A stretch of DNA of 64,000 nt from an uncultured candidate division Zixibacteria bacterium (GTDB lineage Bacteria; Zixibacteria; MSB-5A5; GN15; FEB-12), in the NCBI GenBank assembly GCA_963735035.1, contig CAVTJJ010000006.1, positions 576,001-640,000 on the forward strand, in the 5' to 3' direction. Below, piece by piece: positions 19,463 through 27,963 of this stretch. The stretch's first letter is position 1, and each line of letters opens with the position of its first letter. A program made the translations under genes and the position numbers. The notes under the pieces were generated by a model. It was not told where the DNA came from. It did no database searches and worked only from the letters and a program-made list of their open reading frames with translations.

Positions 19463-21184
19463 CTACAGTCCGTACTGTTTCATTTCAGCCATAAGGTCGT
19501 CGGCCCGCTTCTGGTCACCCTCGGCCTCGGCCTTGTGGATGGCATCCTTGAGCCGTTTTCTGACATGGGCCTGCTTCCTGCGGACAAATTCCTGCACCAC
19601 CATCTTGACCTGGGCGTCGACCTGATCCGAGGGCCATTCGCGCGACGCCAATTCGGCCACCACCGAACTCATGTCATCTCCTGGCATATTGCTGATGAGA
19701 CGATGGATGTCTATGTCGCCGGTCTGACTATACTGGGTAGCCATGGCCGCGTACAGACGGGACAGCAGTCGAGAGTCGAAATCTTCGGCGGCCACCGCAT
19801 GAAAGACAAAGTCGATTCCGCCCGGTCGTTCGAGCAACAATGAGATAAGCTCAAGCTCGTGAGTGTTCATCCGTGCGACGGTTTTTTGTCCGGGGGGAGG
19901 TGTCGTCGTCCTGGCGGGGAGAGCGGTCTGAAGGAGCGATTCATTCACGCCCAGCTTCTGGGCCGTCTCCTGCATGAACAACTCTCGGCGGGTCGGGTCG
20001 GCTATCCGCGACGCCAAACCTGCTAATTCCTTAACCAGCTTTTCACGTTCGATAATCCCCGCGCCGGCGATATCGATTTGCTTCACTCGGTATTCAATAA
20101 ACGGCAGAGCCGCCTGGCGTAATTCTTCAATCTTGTCGGCTCCCATAGTGCGAGCGACTGAATCTGGGTCCTCACCCGGCGGTGCGGTAACTACTTTGAC
20201 ATCGAGCCCGGCGTCGTAAAGTGAATCTACCGATCTAAGCGCCGCCGACCGTCCAGCTGAATCGGCATCGAAGAATAGATACACCTGTTCGGCGAATCGT
20301 GACAACAGCCGCGCCTGCTGCGGTGTGAAAGCGGTCCCCGACGACGCCACCACATTGGTCACGCCAAGTTGATAGAGGGAGATGAAATCAAAATATCCCT
20401 CGACCACATAGACGAAATGGCTCGTGCGAATACTCTCCTTGGCGAAATTTAGCCCATACAGTACCCGGCTCTTGTTGTAGAGCGGCGTTTCGGGCGAATT
20501 GATATACTTGGCCGGCTCGCCTTTCTTGAGTGTGCGACCGCCGAAAGCGATAGGCCGATTGGTCAGGTTATAGATCGGAATCATCAATCGCTGGCGAAAT
20601 CGATCGAAATAGGTGCCCTTGCGTTCTGATTTCAAAACCAGCCCGGCCTTGACCAGTTCTTCGATCTTGAGACCTTTGGAAAGAGCCAGCTTCAGGAAAC
20701 CGTCCCATTCTTCGCCCGCTAGTCCCAGACGAAAAGTCTCGATAGATGCGTCAGAGATACCGCGCTTGTCCTTCAGGTAATCTTCGAGCACCATCGCATA
20801 GCGACTCTGAAACAATTGCTTGTGGAAAAACTCGACCGCCAGTTCGTGGGCATAGTTGAAACGCTCGATTTCATCCTGCTGCTGGTCAGTGCGCGCCTCG
20901 CGAATAGTTATGTGCGCCCGCTCGGCCAGATATCGAACCGTGTCTCCGAATGACATCCCCTCGTGTTCCATCAGGAAGCTGAACACATTGCCGCCTTTGC
21001 CACAGCCAAAGCAATGATAGAGCTGCCGATCCGACGAGACCTTGAACGAGGGCGATTTCTCCTGATGAAAGGGACAGCAGGCCCACATGTCGCGCCCTTT
21101 CTTTTTCAGGCGGACATATTCGCCGACTATCTGGGTGATGTCGGTCGCTTCGCGAACCTGCTCTATGGTCTCCTGGGGGATCAT
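19463..21184 (-). CDS. dnaG: DNA primase
   Basis: CPFHQEKSPSF..CFGC zinc finger, KYINSPET, VEGYFD, FDADSAG. Confidence 0.97.
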   Translation of the reverse strand: MIPQETIEQVREATDITQIVGEYVRLKKKGRDMWACCPFHQEKSPSFKVSSDRQLYHCFGCGKGGNVFSFLMEHEGMSFGDTVRYLAERAHITIREARTDQQQDEIERFNYAHELAVEFFHKQLFQSRYAMVLEDYLKDKRGISDASIETFRLGLAGEEWDGFLKLALSKGLKIEELVKAGLVLKSERKGTYFDRFRQRLMIPIYNLTNRPIAFGGRTLKKGEPAKYINSPETPLYNKSRVLYGLNFAKESIRTSHFVYVVEGYFDFISLYQLGVTNVVASSGTAFTPQQARLLSRFAEQVYLFFDADSAGRSAALRSVDSLYDAGLDVKVVTAPPGEDPDSVARTMGADKIEELRQAALPFIEYRVKQIDIAGAGIIEREKLVKELAGLASRIADPTRRELFMQETAQKLGVNESLLQTALPARTTTPPPGQKTVARMNTHELELISLLLERPGGIDFVFHAVAAEDFDSRLLSRLYAAMATQYSQTGDIDIHRLISNMPGDDMSSVVAELASREWPSDQVDAQVKMVVQEFVRRKQAHVRKRLKDAIHKAEAEGDQKRADDLMAEMKQYGL

Positions 21185-23547
21185 GATTTCAGTTTGACCA
21201 CCGTGACTCCGGCGCCACCCTCGTTCCAGTTACCGAGAGTCATCGAATCGACTTCCTTGTGGTTCTTCAGATACTCGGTCAAGCCGCGTCGCAACGCTCC
21301 GGTCCCTTTACCGTGAATCACGTACACCTGGGGGACGCCGGCCATGACAGCCTGGTCGATAAACCGGTCCAGCGCCTCAATGGCTTCTTCAACAATCATT
21401 CCGCGCAGATGAATCTCGCGTGGGACATCGCTGGCCGGGGGAGTCTTGGCTACCGGCATCGCAGTCCCAGTCGATGCTTTGGCGTCCAGTTTCTCCAGGT
21501 CACGGATTCTGACTACAGTATTCACAGCTCCGACCAGCACGCGGGCCTTGTCGTCGCCGATCAACTCCGTGATGTCGCCGTCCCGACCCAGGGTAATAAT
21601 CCTGACCCGGTCATTGACAGCGAAGCGATCGAGGCGAACTATCTTTTCAACCGGCTTGGACGTCTTCTGCCGCAACCTGGTGGAGTGATCGCTGGAACTC
21701 CGGATGAACCGATGAGCCGCTTTGACCTCTTCGGTTCCGGCCTGACTCTTGCGGATATCGGCCACTAGCCGTTCCAATTCGGCGCGGGTGCCGGAGAGAA
21801 GATCATCGGTTTCGGCGAGAGCGTCCTGCTTGCGCTGGTCGATCTCGCGTTCGAGCTTCTCAGACTGGCTGCGATAGAATCGCTCTAGTTCTTCGGCCTT
21901 CAAGAGACGATCAGCGAGCGCATTGCGATCATCGCGAATTTGGGCCAGTTCTTTCTCGAGTGAAGCGATAAGTTCTCCAAGAGAACGCTCGCCGCTGCCA
22001 ACGAGTCTCGCAGCGTGCTCGCAAATCGACGCCGGTATGCCTAATCGTCCCGCAATTTCCACGGCATACGATGAACCAGGCAGGCCAATTTGCAGACGAT
22101 AGGTAGGCGCCAGGGTCTCGCGATTGAATTCGAGCGAGGCGTTTTCGATCTCCGGATGATCGAGCGCCAGCGTCTTGAGCTGCGAGTAGTGGGTCGAAGC
22201 AATCAACTTCGTGCCCTTCTTGACCATGTCAAGAATGACCGCTTCGGCCAAAGCCGCGCCTTCTTTGGGGTCGGTACCCGCACCGATCTCGTCGAGAAGA
22301 GCCAACGAGTCCACGGAGACGTTGGCCACGGCTTCGGAGATGTTGCGTATGTGCGACGAAAAAGTCGAGAGTGACAACTCGATAGACTGCTCATCGCCGA
22401 TGTCGGCAAAGATCTGACGGAATATCCCGTAAGTGCTCGATTCGGACGCCGGTACCGGAAGGCCGGACTGTACCATAAGTGCAGTCAATCCAAGCGTCTT
22501 GAGGGCAATCGTCTTACCACCAGTGTTCGGGCCGGTAATTAGTATGGCCTGCCGATTCGAGTTGAGACTTACGGTAAGCGGTACTACTTTCTCAATGGAG
22601 CCGAATTTGCGTATTAGCAGCGGATGGCGCGCCTCATGGATATCGAATTCCGGAGCATCCTGGACTTTGGGCCGGAACGCTTTGGTCTCGGCGGCGAGTT
22701 TCCCGGCAGCATAGCGGGCATCGAGCTCGCCGACGAGTTGCGCGTTTTCCAGAAGAGCATCAGCGCGCTGGCCGATTTCAGTTGTCAGGGCGGTCAAAAT
22801 GCGGATAATTTCGACATGCTCCTCCTGCATGAGCATGTTGATCCGATTGTTCACCTCGACCGTCTCGCGCGGCTCGACATAGAACGTCGCTCCGGACTGA
22901 CTCCGGTCATGAAGAATCCCTTCGTCGGCGTGGTACTGTCCGGCCACCACCGGAATGACATAGCGGCCATTGCGCTGCGTGACAACATCATCCTGCCAGC
23001 CTGATTGTTTCTGTTGGGCAGAGAGGATCTTGCCGAGTTGATCGATAATCCGGCGCTTGGAATCAAACAAGTTGGAGCGAATGCGGCGAAGCTGGGTCGA
23101 GGCGGAGTCTTTGACTATCCCATCCGAATCAATGATCCGGTGAATCTCTTTCTTCAGCTCGGGAAACGCGCGGAGTTCTTTCAGAAAGGGGACAACGGCA
23201 GGGAAGTTGGCCCGATTTTCGGAGTCGTAATCGTGCAGGGCTATTGATACATCGATCAACTCCAGCACTTTCAAGATCTCTTCCGGATCGAGATGGACAC
23301 CCCCGACTTGCGATTTAGCCAGCAGGTTGCGGCAGTCTTCAAGGCGGCTCAGGGGAAAGGCCCGACCGAAATTGAAGATATCTTTGAGCTGAGCGACCTC
23401 GTCCAGCCGGGTCTCGATAGCTTCCCGATTGAACATCGGCGCAAAACGATCCACTTCCGGCGGACCATAGACCGTCACACACCGCTCCTTGATGAGGGCG
23501 ATAATTTTGGAGAACTCCAGGACTTCCAGGGTATGCGGACTGATCAT
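21181..23547 (-). CDS. mutS2: Endonuclease MutS2
   Basis: ITGPNTGGKT, DEIGAGTDP and a C-terminal Smr domain (IHGKGTG). Confidence 0.95.
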   Translation of the reverse strand: MISPHTLEVLEFSKIIALIKERCVTVYGPPEVDRFAPMFNREAIETRLDEVAQLKDIFNFGRAFPLSRLEDCRNLLAKSQVGGVHLDPEEILKVLELIDVSIALHDYDSENRANFPAVVPFLKELRAFPELKKEIHRIIDSDGIVKDSASTQLRRIRSNLFDSKRRIIDQLGKILSAQQKQSGWQDDVVTQRNGRYVIPVVAGQYHADEGILHDRSQSGATFYVEPRETVEVNNRINMLMQEEHVEIIRILTALTTEIGQRADALLENAQLVGELDARYAAGKLAAETKAFRPKVQDAPEFDIHEARHPLLIRKFGSIEKVVPLTVSLNSNRQAILITGPNTGGKTIALKTLGLTALMVQSGLPVPASESSTYGIFRQIFADIGDEQSIELSLSTFSSHIRNISEAVANVSVDSLALLDEIGAGTDPKEGAALAEAVILDMVKKGTKLIASTHYSQLKTLALDHPEIENASLEFNRETLAPTYRLQIGLPGSSYAVEIAGRLGIPASICEHAARLVGSGERSLGELIASLEKELAQIRDDRNALADRLLKAEELERFYRSQSEKLEREIDQRKQDALAETDDLLSGTRAELERLVADIRKSQAGTEEVKAAHRFIRSSSDHSTRLRQKTSKPVEKIVRLDRFAVNDRVRIITLGRDGDITELIGDDKARVLVGAVNTVVRIRDLEKLDAKASTGTAMPVAKTPPASDVPREIHLRGMIVEEAIEALDRFIDQAVMAGVPQVYVIHGKGTGALRRGLTEYLKNHKEVDSMTLGNWNEGGAGVTVVKLKS

Positions 23548-23567
23548 ACGGTCATACGCTCTATAAG

Positions 23568-23598
23568 AAAAAGAAAAAGCCGGCCACCCGGCCGGCTC
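23568..23598 (-). terminator. Possible intrinsic terminator downstream of cvpA
   Basis: AGCCGGCC-ACCC-GGCCGGCT stem with a U-tract on the minus strand. Confidence 0.5.
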
Positions 23599-23633
23599 TA
23601 ATATATGCCATGCTTGGGCAAACCAAAACCGAT

Positions 23634-24284
23634 TTAGCTGCCTTCCTTCTGGGTGCCGTCATCACTCAACTTGAAGAAACGATCAAGCTGGTACATGACC
23701 CGATAAACATCGGCTCGCTCGGTCGACAACTCTTCGCCCCGCGTGCCCTGGGCCGGGGCGGTTACCAGGGTATTCTCGATCTGCGCCATGAAATCGGGGT
23801 GGTTGGGATGAAGCATTGACGTCGATTCGAAAATCAGCGGGACCGTCTTGGCCATGGTTGGCCCGAAGAACGAGGCCTCGAAATCGGTGTAGAACCTGTC
23901 CGGCATCGGCAGGAGGAACATCAGGAAGGTCAGGAACCCGACCGCGGCCCAACCGCGAAGGAACCCCACCAGGGCGCCGCCCATTTGATCGCGTCGCTTG
24001 CTCCCTTTGATATCGGCAATCTTGTAGAAGAGATATCCCAGCAGCTTAAACAGGCCGTAAGATCCGGCCAGCAGAAGCACGAACGAGAGGAAGGCCGAGA
24101 CCAAAATCGACGTGCCCAGGCTGTCGTAAATGTAGATTACCAGCTTGTCTATGTAATTGACAGTCAGGATGATGGCCGCGAAAAAGACCAGGAAGGCGCT
24201 TGTTTCGCGAACCAACCCTTTTTTGGAGCCGACTATTACGGCGGTCAGCAACAGTACACCAAGGACAGCGTCAACCCAGTTCAT
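23634..24284 (-). CDS. cvpA: CvpA family membrane protein
   Basis: MNWVD start, KKGLVRE, four TM helices, D..GGA..GFLRG; typical position next to yqeY and mutS2. Confidence 0.8.
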   Translation of the reverse strand: MNWVDAVLGVLLLTAVIVGSKKGLVRETSAFLVFFAAIILTVNYIDKLVIYIYDSLGTSILVSAFLSFVLLLAGSYGLFKLLGYLFYKIADIKGSKRRDQMGGALVGFLRGWAAVGFLTFLMFLLPMPDRFYTDFEASFFGPTMAKTVPLIFESTSMLHPNHPDFMAQIENTLVTAPAQGTRGEELSTERADVYRVMYQLDRFFKLSDDGTQKEGS

Positions 24285-24342
24285 ATCACATCTCCCTGTG
24301 AGGGTTATACTACCACACAGACGAGTATAGGCCGTTTTTTAA

Positions 24343-24789
24343 TTACTTGGCAAGCAATTCCGCGATGAGCTTGTTGACCAGCTTGCCGTCGGCCATACCC
24401 TTGATCTTGGGCATCAGGACCTTCATGACCGCCCCCATTTGTTTGGGAGAATCGGCCCCGACTTCGGCGACTGCATCGGCGCACATTTGACGCAACTCGT
24501 CTTCGCTCAATTGCTTAGGGAGGTACAAAGAAATAACTTCGAGCTCGAAAGTCTCGCTCTTGACCAGGTCTTCGCGGCCTCCGGCGCGGAACTGCTCGAT
24601 AGAGTCCCGACGCTTCTTGGCGGCGCTGGCCAAAACTTCGATTTCCTGCTCTTCGACAAGGTCCTTGCCGACCTCGATCTTGCGGTACTTCAGATCAGAC
24701 TTAAGGCCCCGAAGGACGGTCAGACGTTCTTTGTCGCCGCCCTTGAGGGCCTTAATCGAGTCTTTATCGATCTGCTCGAATATGGACAT
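24343..24789 (-). CDS. yqeY: GatB/YqeY domain protein
   Basis: KKRRDSIEQF..GGREDL, YLPKQLSE, MGAVM; follows rpsU. Confidence 0.92.
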   Translation of the reverse strand: MSIFEQIDKDSIKALKGGDKERLTVLRGLKSDLKYRKIEVGKDLVEEQEIEVLASAAKKRRDSIEQFRAGGREDLVKSETFELEVISLYLPKQLSEDELRQMCADAVAEVGADSPKQMGAVMKVLMPKIKGMADGKLVNKLIAELLAK

Positions 24790-24795
24790 ACGAGC

Positions 24796-24999
24796 TTATG
24801 GTCTTCTATTTTCCAAGAACCTGGCACGCCTCGTTTTGCGCTTAGCGGCCGCCATCTTACGTTTGCGGGTCTCAGACGGCTTCTCGAAATGTTGATGCTT
24901 TTTGTAATCCGAGAGGATGCCAGATTTCTCGCAGAACTTGTTAAAACGACGAAGGGCTCTTTCGAAAGATTCATCGTCACGTACTCTAACTCCGGTCAA
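24796..24999 (-). CDS. rpsU: 30S ribosomal protein S21
   Basis: [20 protein letters not shown] start with SD AGGAGGTGA. Confidence 0.95.
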   Translation of the reverse strand: MTGVRVRDDESFERALRRFNKFCEKSGILSDYKKHQHFEKPSETRKRKMAAAKRKTRRARFLENRRP

Positions 25000-25156
25000 T
25001 TGCAGTCACCTCCTTTTCCGGTGTTTCAAGGTTTCGCGGTCGTTCCCCAAGAGGAAACCACCACCCAAGCCTTAAATATATCGGCCCTAATAACTTCTGT
25101 CAACAGCCGAATGACACTTTTCGGTTCGATTTTTCCCGGAGCCTGACTGGTAGGTG

Positions 25157-25225
25157 TAGTGGTGTCAGCCGTCTCTGGCTGACACCGGTAACAACACGCT
25201 GTCAGGCAGGGACACCTGACAGCAC
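25157..25225. repeat. Inverted REP-like doublet
   Basis: GTAGTGGTGTCAGCC-GTCTCT-GGCTGACACC and GCTGTCAGG-CAGGGACA-CCTGACAGCAC; the second resembles 11744-11771. Confidence 0.75.
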
Positions 25226-25266
25226 AAAGCAAGAGCCGTAATTGGCTTTTCTGAACTGGGCCGGAC

Positions 25267-25599
25267 TTACTTTTCCAGGTATTTCAAGCGGTCCGCCCCC
25301 CGATTGGACAGAAAATGGATATGAAAATGGGGGACTTCCTGCCCCAGACCGTTATTTATGCCCAACTGGTAGTGGTCCCTGATGCCCAGTTTCGTGGCCA
25401 CGACCTTGGCGGTATCAAAGCAGGCCTGAAGCATTTCTGGCGGTGTGTGCTGGAAATCGGGGTATTCAGGTTTTGAGATAATCAGCAGATGGACCGGGGC
25501 TTTGGGGCGATGGTCGGCGATTACTATCACCTGGTCGGACTCATAGAATATTTTGGCGGGCAGTTCGCGCTGGATTATGCGGGTGAAGATGGTGGACAT
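25267..25599 (-). CDS. HIT family nucleotide-binding protein
   Basis: TIFTRII.RELPA and the HFHIH histidine triad; start moved to the ATG at 25599. Confidence 0.9.
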   Translation of the reverse strand: MSTIFTRIIQRELPAKIFYESDQVIVIADHRPKAPVHLLIISKPEYPDFQHTPPEMLQACFDTAKVVATKLGIRDHYQLGINNGLGQEVPHFHIHFLSNRGADRLKYLEK

Positions 25600-25606
25600 G
25601 GGGGGG

Positions 25607-25635
25607 AAGATAGGCGGTGGGGCTCTGTCTGCCAA
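25607..25635 (-). promoter_or_regulatory. Putative sigma70 promoter giving a leaderless HIT mRNA
   Basis: TTGGCA-17nt-TATCTT-7nt-ATG on the minus strand, with no SD. Confidence 0.5.
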
Positions 25636-25681
25636 GCCGGGATTTGCCTTGTGTGGCGCGAACGTGCGGCTATATTTCAGC

Positions 25682-26743
25682 ATGATTCGGACACTTAGAC
25701 GGGGCGTGACGTCCGTGCTGCTTTTGGCAACCTCCGTTTTGGGAAGTGAAGCGGTCGGCGCTAAACCCGACCTGGAAGGAAGCTTCGATCCGCGTGTCCG
25801 CAACGACACCCTTTATGTAGTCTTTCGTGTTAGCACCTTCAACCTCGCTACCGATTCGATTAAAATCGAAAGCACGAAAGTGTTCCCTCCCACTGATTCC
25901 GGGACCGAGATCGGGACGCTGGTGGATACAAGTCGTTCGACCGTGGAAGTGTGGGGCACGCTTGAAGTACCCCTGAATCGAAAACCGGATTATAGCCGCT
26001 GGTCCGTTTCGGCCTTCGGTCGGGTCGGTGACTCAAATGTTGTTGTCTCCCGGTGGCAGAGGATGCGGCTGAACGATCTCGGTATCCGCTATCCCATGGC
26101 GTTCGGATTCGGTTATCTCGACGGTAACTTCGGCTCCGGACTGTCGCAGGAAGGGATAGTATGGTCATTCGAAACGGGCCTGTCCTATCACACTGACTAT
26201 TTCCGTTTCGCTTTCGAGACCACCCCCACCGGGAATTGGCGGAAGACCAACGAGACCTCGTTCTCGGAAGGAATCCAACTTAGAACCACGGTGTTCCCAT
26301 ACCGGCGCGAGTTTTGGAGGCCAGCGCTGACTCTTGGCGCATACCAGACCACCATTAAATTGGAGCGGGGCGACCGCAAATTCGACCGCCGGCTCTGGGG
26401 CCTGGAGTCTGGTCTGAGTGTCACCGGTCCGTTCGAGAGGTTCGGTTACGCCTACTGCACGTCTCACGGCGGTTATCACAGGTTTGATGCGTCGTTTTAT
26501 CTTGGACGGATGGGGCCTTCCTACCTGGGCACGCGTTACTCCATATTGCTGCAAGACAAGGTGGTGGTCTATCGGATTCAAGTGGACTGGGAAATCCTGA
26601 TGATCGGCGACGGTGACGCGGATACGCTGGATCGGATCAACCGTCGTCCGTGGTGGCACAAGGCGCTGGCGGGTTCTTCTTTTGTCACGTTTGTCCCGAT
26701 TCTGGCGGTAGGGGGGCTACTCTACCTATGCGGGGTGCACTGA
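25682..26743 (+). CDS. Hypothetical exported, beta-strand-rich protein with C-terminal hydrophobic helix
   Basis: Signal-like N-terminus from the ATG at 25682; amphipathic aromatic strands; hydrophobic tail. Confidence 0.55.
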   Translation: MIRTLRRGVTSVLLLATSVLGSEAVGAKPDLEGSFDPRVRNDTLYVVFRVSTFNLATDSIKIESTKVFPPTDSGTEIGTLVDTSRSTVEVWGTLEVPLNRKPDYSRWSVSAFGRVGDSNVVVSRWQRMRLNDLGIRYPMAFGFGYLDGNFGSGLSQEGIVWSFETGLSYHTDYFRFAFETTPTGNWRKTNETSFSEGIQLRTTVFPYRREFWRPALTLGAYQTTIKLERGDRKFDRRLWGLESGLSVTGPFERFGYAYCTSHGGYHRFDASFYLGRMGPSYLGTRYSILLQDKVVVYRIQVDWEILMIGDGDADTLDRINRRPWWHKALAGSSFVTFVPILAVGGLLYLCGVH

Positions 26744-26857
26744 GATTCCACTGGCCTCTTGCCAAGTCGAGGTCGATTCGTTAGATTTCAGATTGCGTCG
26801 GTGAGCGATGCTGATTTTGGAAATATGGATTGTTCTGGATAACGGAGGTATGCTGGC

Positions 26858-27610
26858 ATGTCAGGTCACTCAAAATGGGCCACAATTAAGCGCAAAAAAG
26901 GCAAGTTGGATGCGGAGCGCGGGAAAAAGTTCACCCACCTTATTAAGGAAGTGACTGTCGCCGCCCGCGAAGGCGGGGGAGACCCCGATGGCAACCCGCG
27001 ACTCCGAACGGCAATCGCCGCTGCCAAGGCCGACAACATGCCGGCCGACAACATCAAACGCGCCATCCTCAAAGGGACCGGCCAACTTCCGGGGGTATCA
27101 TACGAAGCCATCACCTACGAAGGCTACGGGCCGGGCGGTGTGGCGCTTTATCTCGAAGTCCTGACTGACAATAAGAACCGGATCGTCTCCGAAATCCGTC
27201 ACACTCTCACCAAATACGGCGGCAACCTTGGTTCCAGCGGGTGTGTGGCCTGGATGTTTGCCAAGCGGGGCGTGATTACGGTTGATCTCGACGCGGCCAA
27301 TGAAGATGCCCTGCTGGAAGTGGCTCTCGAAGCAGGCGCCGAAGACCTCAAGAGCGATACGGGTGCTTTCGAAATAGTAATGGACCCGACCGTGCTCGAC
27401 GATGTTCGTCAGGCGATCGAAGGCAAAGGGATCAAGATCGCTTCCGCCGAAGTCACCATGGTGCCGCAGAACACGACTACGCTCACCAAGGAAAGCGACG
27501 CCAGCTCTATGCTGAAGATGCTCGATATTCTGGAAGACATGGATGATATCCAGAAAGTGTATTCCAACTTCGACATCGATCAGAAGCTGATGGAGAAGCT
27601 GGCGGGATAA
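26858..27610 (+). CDS. yebC: YebC/PmpR family protein
   Basis: MSGHSKWATIKRKK, YEGYGPGG, TDNKNR. Confidence 0.97.
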   Translation: MSGHSKWATIKRKKGKLDAERGKKFTHLIKEVTVAAREGGGDPDGNPRLRTAIAAAKADNMPADNIKRAILKGTGQLPGVSYEAITYEGYGPGGVALYLEVLTDNKNRIVSEIRHTLTKYGGNLGSSGCVAWMFAKRGVITVDLDAANEDALLEVALEAGAEDLKSDTGAFEIVMDPTVLDDVRQAIEGKGIKIASAEVTMVPQNTTTLTKESDASSMLKMLDILEDMDDIQKVYSNFDIDQKLMEKLAG

Positions 27611-27618
27611 TCGGGAGA

Positions 27619-27673
27619 GTGGGGCAGACGAGGACCCCCGATCATGTCGGGGGCAGGCTCTGCCGTCCACTAC
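27619..27673. repeat. REP-like palindrome with nested CCCCCGATCATGTCGGGGG hairpin
   Basis: GTGGGGCAGA..TCTGCCGTCCACTAC arms; the internal module is shared with 36549-36566 and 29636-29657. Confidence 0.7.
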
Positions 27674-27684
27674 AAACAGACCTG

Positions 27685-27725
27685 AAAGGTCACTCTGAGT
27701 CACGCTCGGGGTGGCCTTTTTTTGT
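27685..27725 (+). terminator. Intrinsic terminator after yebC
   Basis: AGGTCACTCTGAG-TCACG-CTCGGGGTGGCCT followed by a T-tract. Confidence 0.75.
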
Positions 27726-27786
27726 TTCGTGGGGCTATACTCGAAGAATCACAAGTTCGCGGCCTGAAAGTGAAGAGGGCGTAGCC

Positions 27787-27933
27787 CCGTCATCCCGACG
27801 GAAGTCGGGACCCAGTTGTGTTGAATAGAGAACGAAAGCCGATGCTCAAGCCCCCCTTGCGAAGAGAGTCTTCGATCATTGCTACGATGATTCTGCAACC
27901 ATAACTGGGCACCGGTTTTCACCGGTGTGACGG
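27787..27933. repeat. CGTC-family REPIN-like inverted doublet
   Basis: The left arm CCGTCATCCCGACGGAAGTCGGGACCCAGTTGTG matches the reverse complement of the right arm, CCGTCACACCGGTGAAAACCGGTGCCCAGTTATG. Confidence 0.8.
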
Positions 27934-27963
27934 CCTGGCGGCCGTCTCTCGGGTTTCGCCCCC

